Program-made: the position numbers and the translations under genes | The notes under the pieces: model-generated | What the model saw: the letters and a program-made list of their open reading frames with translations, nothing else | Databases searched by the model: none | Told to the model about the DNA's origin: nothing | In this document: in pieces, positions 13,047 to 26,594 of the stretch | Layout of the letters: each line of letters begins with the position of its first letter | Numbering within the stretch: position 1 is the stretch's first letter | Assembly: GCF_006345805.1 (NCBI RefSeq) | Contig: NC_042999.1 | Location: 137,206,001 to 137,270,000, forward strand | Source: Octopus sinensis | Taxonomy: Eukaryota | Direction: 5' to 3' | DNA: 64,000 nt

Positions 13047-14365
13047 TGCCAATGTTTTGTAACACTTTTGTATGACCTGCTCTGTATTATAAAGCAAGCG
13101 CCTGTGGTTAATAAAGAAACCATTCTTCTCTAAATGATGGCAGCCAACATAATAAAGCAATGATGAGATCCCAAAGGAATCAACTCTGCCTTTCATCTCT
13201 CTTTGGTTGATAAAATATGTATCCTCAATATATTGGGAGTTATTCAATAAGTTATACAGCTCCTCCTCTTAAAACTTGTACTGAGGTATGCAAATGTAAA
13301 AAACCTTATGTTAAGAGCATGAATTGCTAGATTACTATGCAAGATGTTTTACAAGGATTAATTGCAGCTTTACATTCTGTATTCAAATCCCACTGGTTGA
13401 CTTGGCCTTTCATTCATTCTGTATTGATAATATATCTACCAGTTAAGTACTGAGATTGATTGAATTGACTATATACTCTCCACCAACATCACATTTGTGT
13501 AACCTAGTATTTATGTTAGAAATTATTATATGGTCTCTGTTTTTCGTATTTGTGCAATGAATTATCATGCCTATATCCTTAATTATCTTTCAGCAAGTGC
13601 ACTGACCATATCTACTAAAAGTTACTATATTAGTCAGTATAAAATTGAAAGAGAAAGATGTTTTTTTTAATGTTCTTTCTCTCAGTTTGAGTGTTAGAGA
13701 TATAAAATATGACAAAGTATTTTCTCAAATGCTCTGATTCTATCATTAATAAATTGTCCTTGTAATATTTGGTTTCAGAGTTCAAATATTCTAAAATTGA
13801 CTATAAACCTTCCTATTCTGTGTCTATATATCTACCCCTGGATTAGTTATATCCCTGCTTTCCCTACTAAAAAGACTGCCATATCCATGACCCCACAAAA
13901 CTGACTTACATCTCTTCTTCCAAATTGACTCTATCCACAACAACTGACTAAATCCCACCCATAAATCATGTGACTTTTATGCCTATGTTACTGTTATTTG
14001 GTATTAATGTAAATCCTTTACTTTGTGAATTCAACTTCCATAAAGGTTGCCTATTTTAATTACACTGGAATTTATACAGTACTATTCATATTAGGGTTAT
14101 TTGAATAATATTACTCCTCTAAAATGTGTGACCCTATGGGTATTATCAGATATTGTTATTATTTTCCTTATTGTTGAGATTAGAAAAATGTTATCCGTTG
14201 ATTAAATGTTTTGCACTGCTTTTGGGATCATCCTGTTATTTTTTTTTTATTTTTGTTTTCAGTGGTGTATTGGACTGCATTATGTAATATGTCCTCTTAA
14301 GACAGTAGGATGGCAATTTCAATGAGATTTGGGTGCTGCTTTTACTAAGTCTAGTAAACACAGAT

Positions 14366-14502
14366 TAGTCATAGGCAAACTATGGCCCGTGTGATTTTCT
14401 GAATGGCATACCTAAAGAAAAATTTTAAGTATTGCTGTCTGCCTTGTAATGAGCCATGTCTCATGCAGCCCACATCTAGTAAAAGGTTGTCTGTGCCTGA
14501 TG
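14366..14502. mobile_element. Small hAT-like MITE remnant
   Basis: ggcaaactatggcccg at left and aaaaggttgtctgtgcctg at right resemble hAT/Charlie-type subterminal motifs. Confidence 0.35.
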
Positions 14503-16039
14503 TAGATGCTTTCGCATTAGCTCATAGTTTTTTTGTTCACTTTTAATATAAAAGGGATGTTGAGTAGTGGTTTCTTTTATTTATGTATTTACTTTTGTAG
14601 CCTCGTTCTGATTTAAAATCCTTCCTCTGTGTGTGTGTGTGCATGCACACGCACATTAGCAGCATGTTATTGTGGAATCTGCACTAGTGAAGTTATGTCC
14701 TTGGTATGAGTAAAGATCCTCTTAATTTTAATGTATGTTGTCTCCTTGTTGCTAGTGTTACATGGTAGAATTGGTAGAACATTAAACAAAATACCTTGTA
14801 TTTTGTTCCATCCATTAATGTTCATATTCCACCAGAGTAAACATTACCTTTCAACTTTTCAGAGTCAATAAAATAAGATCCTAGTATTGGGGTTGCTTTC
14901 ATCAACCCCCTCCCTTTCCATAGTATTTGTGACGTGTCTGTATTAAAAACTTATATAGTATGTTTTGTTGGTATTAGAGGTGGTTGTTTTTATTTTGTAA
15001 TAGGTTAAAGGAAGAAATGAAGGACCTATGATCTTTTCTGGGCCTTCATGACTAGTGATAGACTGAGACATAATTATCTTCAGAACAGAGTCCTAATTCA
15101 AGTGTTCAGACTCCTCTAAAAGTACCAAGCACCATGTGATAATCTTTAACCAAGCCACAAATTAAGTCTATCCCCTAAGAACAGTTGAATAATTTCAAGG
15201 AATATATGAAATATGATAACCTTTATTTATTGAAACTTGGTTATAAATCAAGCAACAGCCATTAATTTCGATTGTTCAAGTGCATAATTAGGTCTAAAGA
15301 CAAGACTATCATTCCAAAGGAGAAATTACTTGTTGAAACAATAATCTGATAATGCAGTCAAAACCATTTATACCTTTTCCTTTTTTTTTCTTTCTTTTTT
15401 TTTTTTCAAAGTAGAAATGTGATACAGTTTGTAATCAGTAAATGCCAGGTGAATATTTAACAAATGCTACACTTAAATCTGGGACAGTTCTACTGGGAGG
15501 GGAAAATATATCATACGACAATAATTTTCATTGACTTGTAAAATTGCAATAGCAATAAACTGAAATGAATTACTCTTGCACTGAGCTCAAATCCAACTGA
15601 GATTCAATTTTATCTTTCATTTTCAGGGCTGATGAAATAAGTACTTGTCAATATAAACGACCATTCTTCTCTCACTAAATTTCTAACCTTAATGATCTCA
15701 CTAGTTTCTAGTCATTAAAGAAAAAAAAATGATCTGGTGTGAATTATTGCTACATAGATAATTGTTTCATATCTCAATGGGATTACTCAGAATTTTACAT
15801 TGTGACTGAAAAAGGATAATCCGGAAATATTTCTTTAGCTCCATCAGAGAATTTTACTTATTTCAGTCATTGAAATGCAGCCATGCTGGGAATCCCATTA
15901 CTTATTTTTAAGTCTTATTCTGTAAGTCTCTTTTGCTGAACTGCTAAATTATGGGCATGTGAACAAACCAACACCAGTTAATCAATGTAGGAAAAAGAAA
16001 GACACACATGCACACACCACCACTACCATCATCATCATA

Positions 16040-16465
16040 TAACTACTTTTCCATACTTCCATAGGTTAAATGGTGTTTATTTCTACAGCTGGATGCTCTT
16101 CCTGTCACCAGCTCTCGCCTGTTTTCAAGCAAAGTAAAATTTTCCCATGACCTGACATGTTCTCACAGAATATTGGAAATGAATGACACTGTTTGTATGG
16201 CAGTGACACTCATAAGTATCACACAATTGTCAAGGCAAGAAGATGCAAACACACATGCATGTCCCCTGACCCATTCCCAACATACACACACACACACACA
16301 TTTTTTTAGTTTCCACCTACCAAATCTACTTGTAAGGCAATGGTCAACTCGAGGCTATAGTAGATGACACTTGCACTTGCCAGTATGGCACACAATAGGA
16401 CTGAGCCTGAAATCACATGACTGTGAAGTGAACTTCTGAACCACACAGCTAAGTCTGTGCCTGTG
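16040..16465 (-). mobile_element. Full-length SINE family C copy (others at about 8450, 20330-20730, 27830, 31025-31350, 35115, 38720, 48630, 58720)
   Basis: Reverse complement of head, core, (CA)n, body and tail in the same order as the 12670 copy. Confidence 0.7.
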
Positions 16466-17589
16466 TAAAAGATCTGATAGTTTTATACTGAGTGAGCCAC
16501 AACTAAATACACAAATAATTTAATCATGACTTACCATGTTCTTAATTAAAATCTGCTGAAGTCATATCTGCCTCTCATCCTTCTAAGTTAATAAATAGCT
16601 AGCAAGTACTGGGGTTAATGTAGTCAGTTATACTTCTATCACTATAATAAATTTTGATGTCTTGTTACTTCTTATGTAAAAATTAAATTATACACTCTTC
16701 TCTCTTCACTATATGCGGTTATGTGCCTTTCCGCTCTCTGTTGGTATATCAAACTGTTCTGATTGATGATACTTAGATGAATGCATGATCAAGTTCAATA
16801 CAGCTCCTTTTGATAAAGCTGTAGGTATTTTACTTCAAATGTTTTTATTTGATACTTTCTATTACTACTGGAATGTCAATGTTTATAATAGTAAGAGGAC
16901 AGGGGACTGGTTGAGTCTTCTACAGCACCAGATAAAAGGTCTTGTATTTCATTAGCTCTCTTTACATTTATATTTCAGACTCCACCAAATTCAGTTCTGC
17001 CTTTCATTATTCTGGTGTTGATAAAATAAAGAACCAGTGAAATGCTGTAGTCAATTTGACTAGATTCTCTCACAAAATTTTGTTTATTAGAAGTTATAAT
17101 TAAAGGGCAACAGATTGACACAATCATTTGGGTGCTGGACTAAAATTTAGTTTTTATCATCATCATCATCATCGTTTAACGTCATCATTTTATATTTTGA
17201 GTTAAAATTCTACTGAGGTTTAATATTTTTATTCATATTTCAGAGTTCACTAAACTAAAAGACAGTAAAGTAATGGAGGTTAATATGAAGTTCTGGCTTT
17301 GTGTCTGTGTAATAAATCAATATTTAGTCATGTTTTTACATTCTGAGTTCAAATCTCATCAAAGCCATCTATGTTTCATCTTTCCCAGAGTAGATAAAAT
17401 GAGTACCAGTCAGATTCTGAATGGAGTCATTCTAATTCACTCCACCCTTCCTATGTATTAAGAAGTATTTCTTAATACATTAATGTTTTGTTAGAAAGTA
17501 TCATCAAAGCCTCTAATTTATATTCTAGTATATCTTAGATTTTATATTTATAATTTAGAAGGAAATTAAGTATTATGAGTGATAAAAAG

Positions 17590-17790
17590 GTGGTTAGCTG
17601 CACTGGATGAAATACTTATTGGCATTTCTTCCAGCTTTTGACATTCTGAGCTCAAATTCTGCTGAGGTCAGCTTTACCTTTCATCCTTTTGAGGTTGATA
17701 CAATAAGTAACAGTCAAGCACTGGGATCAATGTAATTGATCCCCCCCCCCAAAAAAAAAATTGCTGACCTTGTGTCAAAATTAGAAAGAA
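17590..17790 (+). mobile_element. SINE family A copy inside the spacer of the 106 bp inverted repeat
   Basis: ttctgagctcaaattctgctgaggtcagctttacctttcatccttttgaggttgatacaataag. Confidence 0.8.
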
Positions 17791-18255
17791 TTATCTCTAG
17801 TAATAATATTATAAGTCTGAAGATATAAAAAACATCAAATATATTCTCTCATTTGAAGACAAATGTTCTAAAAATTGCTTGTTTTTACAAGCAAGAAATT
17901 TACATAGTTTGTTTTTCCTATGTTGGGGTATAAGCATATTTGATGCCAGGAAGTACAAAAAGCATCTTGGCTAAGGACACAGGTGTAATTATCTCTGGCA
18001 AAGACAACTTCTATGACACCATGCCAACTCATTCAACCATCCCAAGCTGATTACAAATATCAATAACCATAATAAAACAGCAATAGTAGATACTAATAAT
18101 TAACAACATTTTGTTTCTTATGCAAATAATTAAAAGTTTGGTTTAGATAGTTGGCTATATAGGAAGATATGAAGCTGTGATAGTCTGTATCTAATTAATT
18201 ATGGTAGATCCGTTCCAAACTCGACATTTTTCGTTTTCTGTTCTGCTTTTTTCAG

Positions 18256-18272
18256 TTTAATGGCTCTTAAAG
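18256..18272 (+). other. Candidate 17 nt cassette microexon (tttaatggctcttaaag) in the NKAIN intron
   Basis: Long pyrimidine tract tttttcgttttctgttctgcttttttcag| with TGC near the AG, and donor AAG|gtaaag; several CpGs upstream. Confidence 0.35.
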
Positions 18273-18969
18273 GTAAAGAAATTTCCTTCTAAATTATATA
18301 TATAAAATTTAAGATATACTAGAATATAAATTAGAGGCTTTGATGATACTTTCTAACAAAACATTAATGTATTAAGAAATACTTCAAGTTTTCAATAATG
18401 ATATCTAAATATATGCATATGTGTCAGTTATTAACAAAATAATTGTCTATTTAAAATTTGAAAATTTGAAGCTTTAAGATAATGACTAACTTCTTTGTTA
18501 AAACTGTAATAAAAAATTGCAATGTTGTAATGATATTGTTTTTCTTAGATAAGCACAAAAATGAGAATTTGTTTTCACTTGGAAGTAGTACCATTCATGC
18601 CATTCTCAAGGTTATTAACAATGTATTAATGCAGTGGATGGGGTTCAACAGGAGAACAAAGCAATACCATTGATTAGGTTTGACAAGTATTTATCACTGC
18701 CTGTAGCTCACTTGTCTTTGTAATAGTAGTATTGTTGTCATAGTAATTGCAACACTGATTGCTTTCTTACGTACATCAATTATTGAAGGGCAAGAATATT
18801 AATTGGCATAAATCTCAGATTAAGACTGGAACTTGTTTTATTGACCAAGGTAGAGTGGTCAACAAAGCTAATGTAAAAGTATTTGAACTTGGAACAGAGA
18901 AAGAGAAAATATTTAAAGCAATTGATGATGATTTGAATGTATGGGGTCTGTTATTGTAATGATAAATTG

Positions 18970-19916
18970 TTTCTGATTTAGGCTCTATGCCAGCAATTTT
19001 CAGGAGAGTGGGATGGGAGTGGAGGGGTTGGCTGATTTCATCAACCCCAGTACTTACTTAATGGTACTTAATTTTATGGATCACAAAAGGCTGAAAGGTC
19101 AAGGTGACTTTGGCAGTATTTGAACCCAGAGTGTAAAGTCCAAGAAAAATTCAGTATGACATTTTGTCCAATGCTGTAATGATTTTTTCATGTCAACTTG
19201 CTACCTTTATTATAATATTAATATTAATAATGGTTTCAAATTTTGCCACAGGGGCAGCAATTTTAAGGGAGGGGATGAGTTGATTACATCGACCCCAGTG
19301 TTGTACTGGTACTTATTTTATCGACCCTGAAAGGATGAAAAGTAAAGTCAACCTCAGTGGAATTTGAACTCAGAATGTAGCAATGGGTAAAATGCCACTA
19401 ATCATTTTGTCCGGCATGCTAATGCCTCTGCCAGCTTGCCACCTTTATAATAGTAGTAATAATAATAATGATAATAATAATAGCCACAAGGACAGCAATT
19501 TTGAGGGAGGGGATGAGTCGATTACATCAACCCCAGTGTTCAACTGGTACTTATTTTATCAAACCTAGATGGATGAAAGGCAAAGTCGACCTCAGCTGAA
19601 TATGAACTCAGAACGTAGCGATGGGTGAAGTACTGCTAAGCATTTAGCCCAGCATGCTAACTATTCTGCCAGCTTGCCACCTTAATAATAATAATAATAA
19701 TAATGATCCTTTCTACTATAGGCACAAGGCCTGAAATTTTGGGAGAGGGGGCTAGTCAATTAAATCAACCCCAGTGCTCAACTGGTACTTATTTTACTGA
19801 CCTCAAAAGGATGAAAGGCAAAGTCAACCTCTGCAGAATTTGAACTCAGAATGTAGAGGGAGACAAAATGTCACTAAGCATTTTGCCCAGTGTGCTAACA
19901 GTTTGGCCAGCTCGTC
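18970..19916 (-). mobile_element. Head-to-tail stack of four tRNA-derived SINEs (family A, Deu/Nin-like core)
   Basis: Copies at about 18970-19190, 19231-19446, 19482-19684 and 19705-19916, each with a reverse-complement B box (atttgaactcag) and core ggatgaaaggcaaagtcgacc; separated by (TAA)n. Confidence 0.85.
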
Positions 19917-21094
19917 ACATTTTTTTCACATCTGGAACACAGTAACAAAATTATAATAGAGGATTATAGTTGTTTGTTCAACTCTAGTGTTTACTATAAA
20001 TTTTTTTTTTTTTCAACCTAAAAGAATGTGAGGCAAAGGTGACCCCTAGAATGATTTAAACTTGGAATCTATAGAAAGTTGGATTAAATACTGCAAAACT
20101 TTAAATCTGATGTTCTAACATTCTGTTACCTTTTTGATATTAATTACTTCTCACTTTCATACAAAACTATGAATTAGAATTGACTCTTGTAAAAATTTTA
20201 TTGAAGCAGAAGCAAAATTGCCCCTGGTAAAGTTTTGAGCTTCAGAACATGTGAGTGAAAATTATCCTCATTTTTAACATCCACTTTTCCATGCTTGTAT
20301 GGGTTGGACAAATGTCTATTGAATCGAAACAGATTTTCTACACTCAAATACCCTTCCCGTCACCAAACCTCATCTGTTTACAAGCAAGGTCAAATTTTCT
20401 CATGGCCAGGCATAATTTCACAGAATATTGGAAATGAATGACGCTGCTTATATCGCAATGAGACTCATTTACAGCTATCAAAGAGACATAAACACTCTTG
20501 CTTCTGCATACATATGTCTGTGTTTGTATGTCTATCTATCTATCTAATCTATTGCATACACACACAGACACACATATATATATATATGTATGTATGACTT
20601 CTGCAAGGCAAGGCTTTGGCCAGCCTGGAGCTATAGCAGAAGATGCCCAAAATACCATGCTGTAGAGCTGAACCTGAAGCCATGTGGTTGATAAATAAAC
20701 TTCTTATCCACACAGCCATTTCTGTGCATATAGTATATTTTGAATTATAATTCTAGAAAAAAGTTCACCACTGATCTTAGATTTAATTAAAAACTTCAAT
20801 TTCTTTCTTTAGGGGATGTTATTAAACTGCTAACCTTTGCTTTACCTGTTTTTGATCATTTATTTGATACAGGTATCCAGCAAAGGGCTATTCATTTGCT
20901 CACTGAAAGGGCTAGTCACTTGTTCACTGCATTTCAAATTACGACAGTGACAAGGAGTGTCTGTAATTTGATGGACTTCATCCAAAGAGCACTGGTTTTT
21001 CACCAATATTTATATCCTTTGCAATTTCCATTTATTGAATACCACTCCCAAAGTATTGGTCAACCAGATGCTTCCCTAGCATTTGCTCAGCATT

Positions 21095-21640
21095 TTATAA
21101 TGGGATCATTTCTGAAACCATGTGGTTGTTAAGCCATATCTGTACCTGTTTTGTAGTGAAAATGTACACCCCTCCTGGTAAAAAGTTGTAGTAGCCAGCC
21201 GTTAGGCCAGTAGCCAGTTGACTGAGGAAGGTCAAGAGGTGGACTGTGTTGATAGTCATGTCTGTACTGATATAATAATTATACTGTGATACTGAGTGGA
21301 TGATATAATAAGCCAACCTTTTGAGGATAATAACACTGTATGACTGAGGGTCATACAGTGCCAGATAGAACCATTCTATTGACGACTTTGGAATATAACA
21401 ATATCTGTCAGAGCAACAACTGTTGTCAAAAGACTGCTTTACAACAGAACCCTTATGTGAAATAACATCTTTGTGTAGCAACTCTACTTTGGTGTTACCT
21501 TCATAGATGTAACAGCCTAGAAGGTGATATTTTGTAGAGAAATATCACTTATGGTGAAATAAGACATAAGAATTTTGAAAAGTCTTGATGAAGTTACTGA
21601 ATATATTCCAACTCCTTGTGCAAGTATCAACAAGTTTTCG
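21095..21640 (-). pseudogene. Possible highly decayed LINE APE-endonuclease region
   Basis: The 128 aa ORF frame extends upstream to HLLGCYIYEG and contains TAGYYNF, loosely like the GLGVYI and TD.AG..YNF segments of CR1/L2 endonucleases; catalytic GDFN not intact. Confidence 0.3.
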
Positions 21641-24600
21641 TACTGTGTGCCTAAAGCTTTATATGCTTTTATTTCTAATGAAACAGTGCCACAGAAACCT
21701 ATTTACCATAATGCTTTGTATTGCAGTGTTATAGTTACCGACTTGAGGTGATTTGTGGTCTGTGTTGGTGTTGTTTTTGTTGTGTATTATCATTTATGTA
21801 GGCTTATGTATTGTTTCATTGTTGTAGTTTGAAGAAACTTATGGCTTGTGGTGCAACATTGTTTCTACTACTATTACTACTACTATTTTTAGCAATGGAG
21901 ATAACAATGCTGTAATACTAGTTGTATTGTTTAGTTGTTTTATTTAATAGAGGCAGCTGCAACAGTTGTAGTATTAAGAGGATATATCTTTTGTATAAAG
22001 ATATGATTTTGCTTTGGGTGGTTGTGGCGATAAAAGCATTAGGAGAATCTAGCTTTTTGTAAATTTCTTTGTATAGTAAGTGTTAGTAGCATTAGTAGTT
22101 ATTGCATAGATAAGATTTGTGTTAGTAAATTATTTAGCACCAGGTCAGCCTTGATTTAACAGACAGACCTATGATTAAACATATTCAATCTTCTGCCTAT
22201 TTCTTATTCAGATGTTAATGTGTCTAGGACTACCTTATTTAATGTTTTCCTTTTAAAAGCATCAAACAGGAAAGATGATTTGAGAAAGATTTCACTTCCA
22301 TTTCTACCAGGTTAACTGACTTTGAAATTTTTGTTGTAGTGATGGTGGTAGTGATTAAAAACTCCCTTTTGGCATAATAAAAAATTTAAAAACCAGCTTG
22401 ATTTATTATCATCATAACTGTTATTATCCAGGGAAAAGTATTCATATATTGTAAAATACCTTTGTTGCTATTTAATAGATTGCTGTACAGTTAATTTACT
22501 AATGTTAAGCAGTAGCTAGATATGTTAGTTGCCAGATAAGGTGATATGTAAGGATAAAATGTAAAAAAAAACTGTTAGAAGTAGGTAAGGTACACGTATA
22601 TTAAAGGTTATAATTGTTATATTTCTTCAACAGATTAGTTATCTTTTTGTTTTACCTATATATTAAAGGCTTCAAATGCACATTCTACAAAGGCAACCAA
22701 AATAATTCACACACATATGAGTATTAAGTGATCCTTGTACATAGTTACTCAACCTGTTTCAAGTAGCTGCAAAAATCCATTACAACACATGTGCCATTTA
22801 AAAAAAGAATAAACACTTTAGATGATGTCCTAGATATAGTATGGCTGATTAGGGGCTGATTTGGAGTTAAGCAATGCATATATTCTTTTTGATATAATTA
22901 CTTGAACATTGAAATAGTTGTAGAATTATTAACAGATGTGTAAGGATGGTGAAGTCAATGTACTGACTATAGTTTGGTGGCAAGAGAACCAAAAGATACT
23001 TGTTTTTGATGTGTCAAAGTAATATGGATTTATGTGTGAGGTGCCCCAAATCACACTATATTCTTGTCTCCAATTTTGGAGGTCCTTCATAATTTCAGAA
23101 TTGTTGCTTGATAAGTTGTTGATTGGAAATCATATTTTGGTTTTGTGGCTCATGGTCACTTGCACAGTTCCACTGCAGCTGACATTGTGTCAGTGACCAG
23201 GTCACAGAAGTGAGGAGAACACTTTGGCTCCTCAATAAATAAATCAAATGTATATATAAGTTTTTATGCATTTTTAAATGGCTACAATGTAATTGTTATC
23301 CTTATTTCTCTATTTATTAGTGATTATTTCACTTGTATTAATTGTCTGCTTTGGCAGCAGTCCCCAATCTTACCATAGACCATTTTTATGCTAGACAATT
23401 TTTCCAATGACCAGTGTATCACTTGCTCAACAAAACAATAAAATGCATAATCAGCATCATCATTTAACATCTGTCTTCCCTACTGGCATGGGTGGAATAG
23501 ACTGCAATAGTCAATAAAATAGAAATGAAATTAAAAATGCTATACTTTCTATGTGGTCTGTTACTAGTTCTTAGCCCAGTAGTTGGGAATCCATGCACTA
23601 AGGGACATCACATATTTATTAATGACCTCATTGTTATTTTTCATTTTGTTCTTTTACCCTGTATAAATTTCCTAATGTTCTTGATTTATTTTTTAAGGCC
23701 TTGTGATCAGTAAAAGAAATTATTAGTAGTAGGTGGATTGGCTGATTCATTCTTCTGGGGCCAATTGGATAATATATCAGCCTAATACTGGGTCCATTAT
23801 AATCAACTTTTCCTCTCAAATTTCTGGCTTTGTTCCTATTTTAGAAATTATTAACACACGAGTTGGCAGAATAGTTGGAATTTTGGAAGAAATGCTTTGC
23901 AGTATTATTTCTGTGCTTGTACATTCTGAGTTCAAATCTCAGAAGTCAAATTTACTTTATATACCTTCAGGGTTGATAAAATACCAATTCAAGAACTTGG
24001 GTTGATATCAACTAAACCTCTCAAAAATTGCTGGCCTTGTGCCCAAACCAGAAATGACTATTATAAGTAATACCATTGCTGTTGATGTAGTAGTAGTAGG
24101 CTTGGAATTTATTTTTGAGCTCCTATGCAGCTACTGAGCCTGCAGCTAAACTATTAAGCAACTCATAATCAATTTTAAAATGTAGGTCACATGTTTTCTT
24201 AAGTCTTAAGATAGCCTACACCTAGTACAAAGGCAGAATGGAAACAGAATAATATTAAAAAAATGAAATTTAATCTATTCTTACATGCAGTATATCTATC
24301 ACTGTAGCTATGCAAACAGTATACTACATCTAGGTGTTCCTAATAATTCGGTTGGCTATCACTAATATAGTTGATACACTAATATAGTTGACAGGTTGAT
24401 ACCAACTAAGTATGAACTGCTGTAATTTGAAGGTACATACTTTGTGATACACTGAAAAGAAGGACTAATAAATAGTGATTGAAAGTTGCTGTGACTTTAT
24501 TGTGGAATGTACCTGCATTAGAAACAGACCAAAGAAAGGCTTAATAGAAGATAATAGATAATGTTGATGCTATTTATGTCTATGTCAAACAGTATACTAT

Positions 24601-26513
24601 GTTATATGATGGATTGTCCTTTGGTTTCAACAATGAACATTCAACTGAATGCCTGGCTAATTAAATTAATATGTGGCTGAGTATTCTACTGACATGTGTA
24701 CTCAATGTAATTCTCAAGCTGAATCAGTGTAACACAATACAATATTGTATTATTTTAGTGATAAAATATTATCCTAATGAGACCAAAAGCATGTCTGGTG
24801 TCGTCTTCTATACATGATAAAATAATTGAAATATTAGTTATTCATTAATAGATTTTCATGATTGTATAGTTACTTATGGTTAGCATTTTTCATGCTCCCT
24901 GCATAAATGTTAACTCTAGCTTAACTACTGAGATAAATATTTATTCTTTCACACAAATGCCTTAATTATGTCAGAAGATAAAAAGACACTTGAAAATCTA
25001 GTATATTGTAGGCCATCCAACTGAAGCCATTTTGCTGAAACAGTGGTAATAACTGTAAAATCAAGTGTGTGTGTGTGTATTTGGCCATCTTTCAATTAAA
25101 GTTTGAGTTATTCAAAACAACTAAACATATAAATGCAGAGTTATTTAAAATATGTACATTTGTTTTATATTTACATGCATACATACACCCATTCATGAAT
25201 ATATATACACAAGGGTCCCTGTAGCTCTCTGTTCTTTAGAATGAGTGCTACAATACTTAGGGTATTGACAAAAATGTATGATATAAAGATCTTATGAACA
25301 AAATGAATGACCAAAGGCTATTATACCTATCTTTCAAGAATTTGTCATTTTCTACTTATATGAAATTATCCTCATTGCATTTTTAGTATCAGAACTGATA
25401 CTCACAATTGAATGAGCTATAAAGGAAATCTGCTCCACAAATATTAAATTCTACAAGATTCTGACATCAACTGGAATCTTCCAGTAAAATAGTGATATTA
25501 AGATTCCATCTGAGAATAAAAGGGCTTGGAAGAGGCTTATTTATGATTAGTACAGGCAGCCTTCAAATCTTGAATGGTATCACTCAGATCACAACTGCTA
25601 AGCAACAGTAGTCAAAAGCTCAAAAGTAATGCATAATCCAGATCATGTCCCATTCTCAAAAAGGTTATGCATTACTATTTCTTTATGGCTGTGTTTCCTG
25701 ACAACTTGAGGATGATGTCACTATTGATAGAAAGTGAGGCATTTCTTGTAGTCTTGACCATTATATTTTGAAGGTTATGCGTTTGTAATTCAAGAGCAAG
25801 AACCCCACACCTAGGATGTGATTGAGAATATTGTCACATTTCTGTGGAGGATATTATACATGTGACTAGGAGGTGTTCCAAAATATTGTATATTGTTATT
25901 AAAACAATAAACAAAATTTCTTAAAAAAGACTGCTTTGAGATAAATATAGAAAATATTTATGATGAGCATATGTTTCAGTGCAAAGATCATTGATAGAAC
26001 ATTTATATTAAACACTCTCCAGATGCAAACTTAAGTCTTGTATACTTGTTTGGAATAAGGAAACTTGGTTATAGAGGTCATTTGTTTTGCAGATGTAAAC
26101 ATTTTCAAAATACTTTTCTATTCAGATTATAAATTTCAACTTATAATAGCACATTTAATCATGATATTATCTAAATGGTAATTTTGAAAAACTGGGTTTT
26201 CGGGCAAAGAAAATGACCAACTGGCACACTTTGCAAATGCAATCTGTAAACAGAACTCTAAAAATTGGCAAAACTTCCTTAAAATCCCAAATACAACTCT
26301 TCACTTAGTAAATTTAAATAATTTCAGAAAAATAACATGCAGCACGGATTTTTAACATATATATACATAAAGGTAAAATTGGCTGCTCAGAGGATAACAA
26401 AAATATTGCCTCTATTTTTTAAACATTTTTATTAGTCTTTCCTTTTTTTTAAAAACATTGCCAGTGAGCAGGTGATCAGGTTAGAAGAGAAAACATATAT
26501 GCTCGCATGCGCG

Positions 26514-26516
<3 letters not shown>

Positions 26517-26590
<74 letters not shown>
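26517..26590. repeat. (CA)n microsatellite (similar runs at 9578, 12388, 38690, 60905)
   Basis: Direct reading; accounts for spurious HT/CV ORFs. Confidence 0.98.

Positions 26591-26594
<4 letters not shown>

Larger units (their letters stand above)
17462..18385. repeat. 106 bp inverted repeat pair (17462-17567 and 18280-18385, 104/106 identical) with 712 bp spacer
   Basis: Base-by-base comparison of the left arm's reverse complement with the right arm shows only two substitutions. Confidence 0.97.

Noticed and set aside
15412-15448. Poly-T acceptor with CAG|gtgaat donor
   Set aside because: Stops in the NKAIN phase, no other support; such signals arise often in this AT-rich sequence.
20873-21132. 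Plus-strand exon-like ORF after a good acceptor (IQQRAIHLL...)
   Set aside because: Not NKAIN-like, wrong phase for NKAIN, no donor, and it overlaps a probable decayed LINE.
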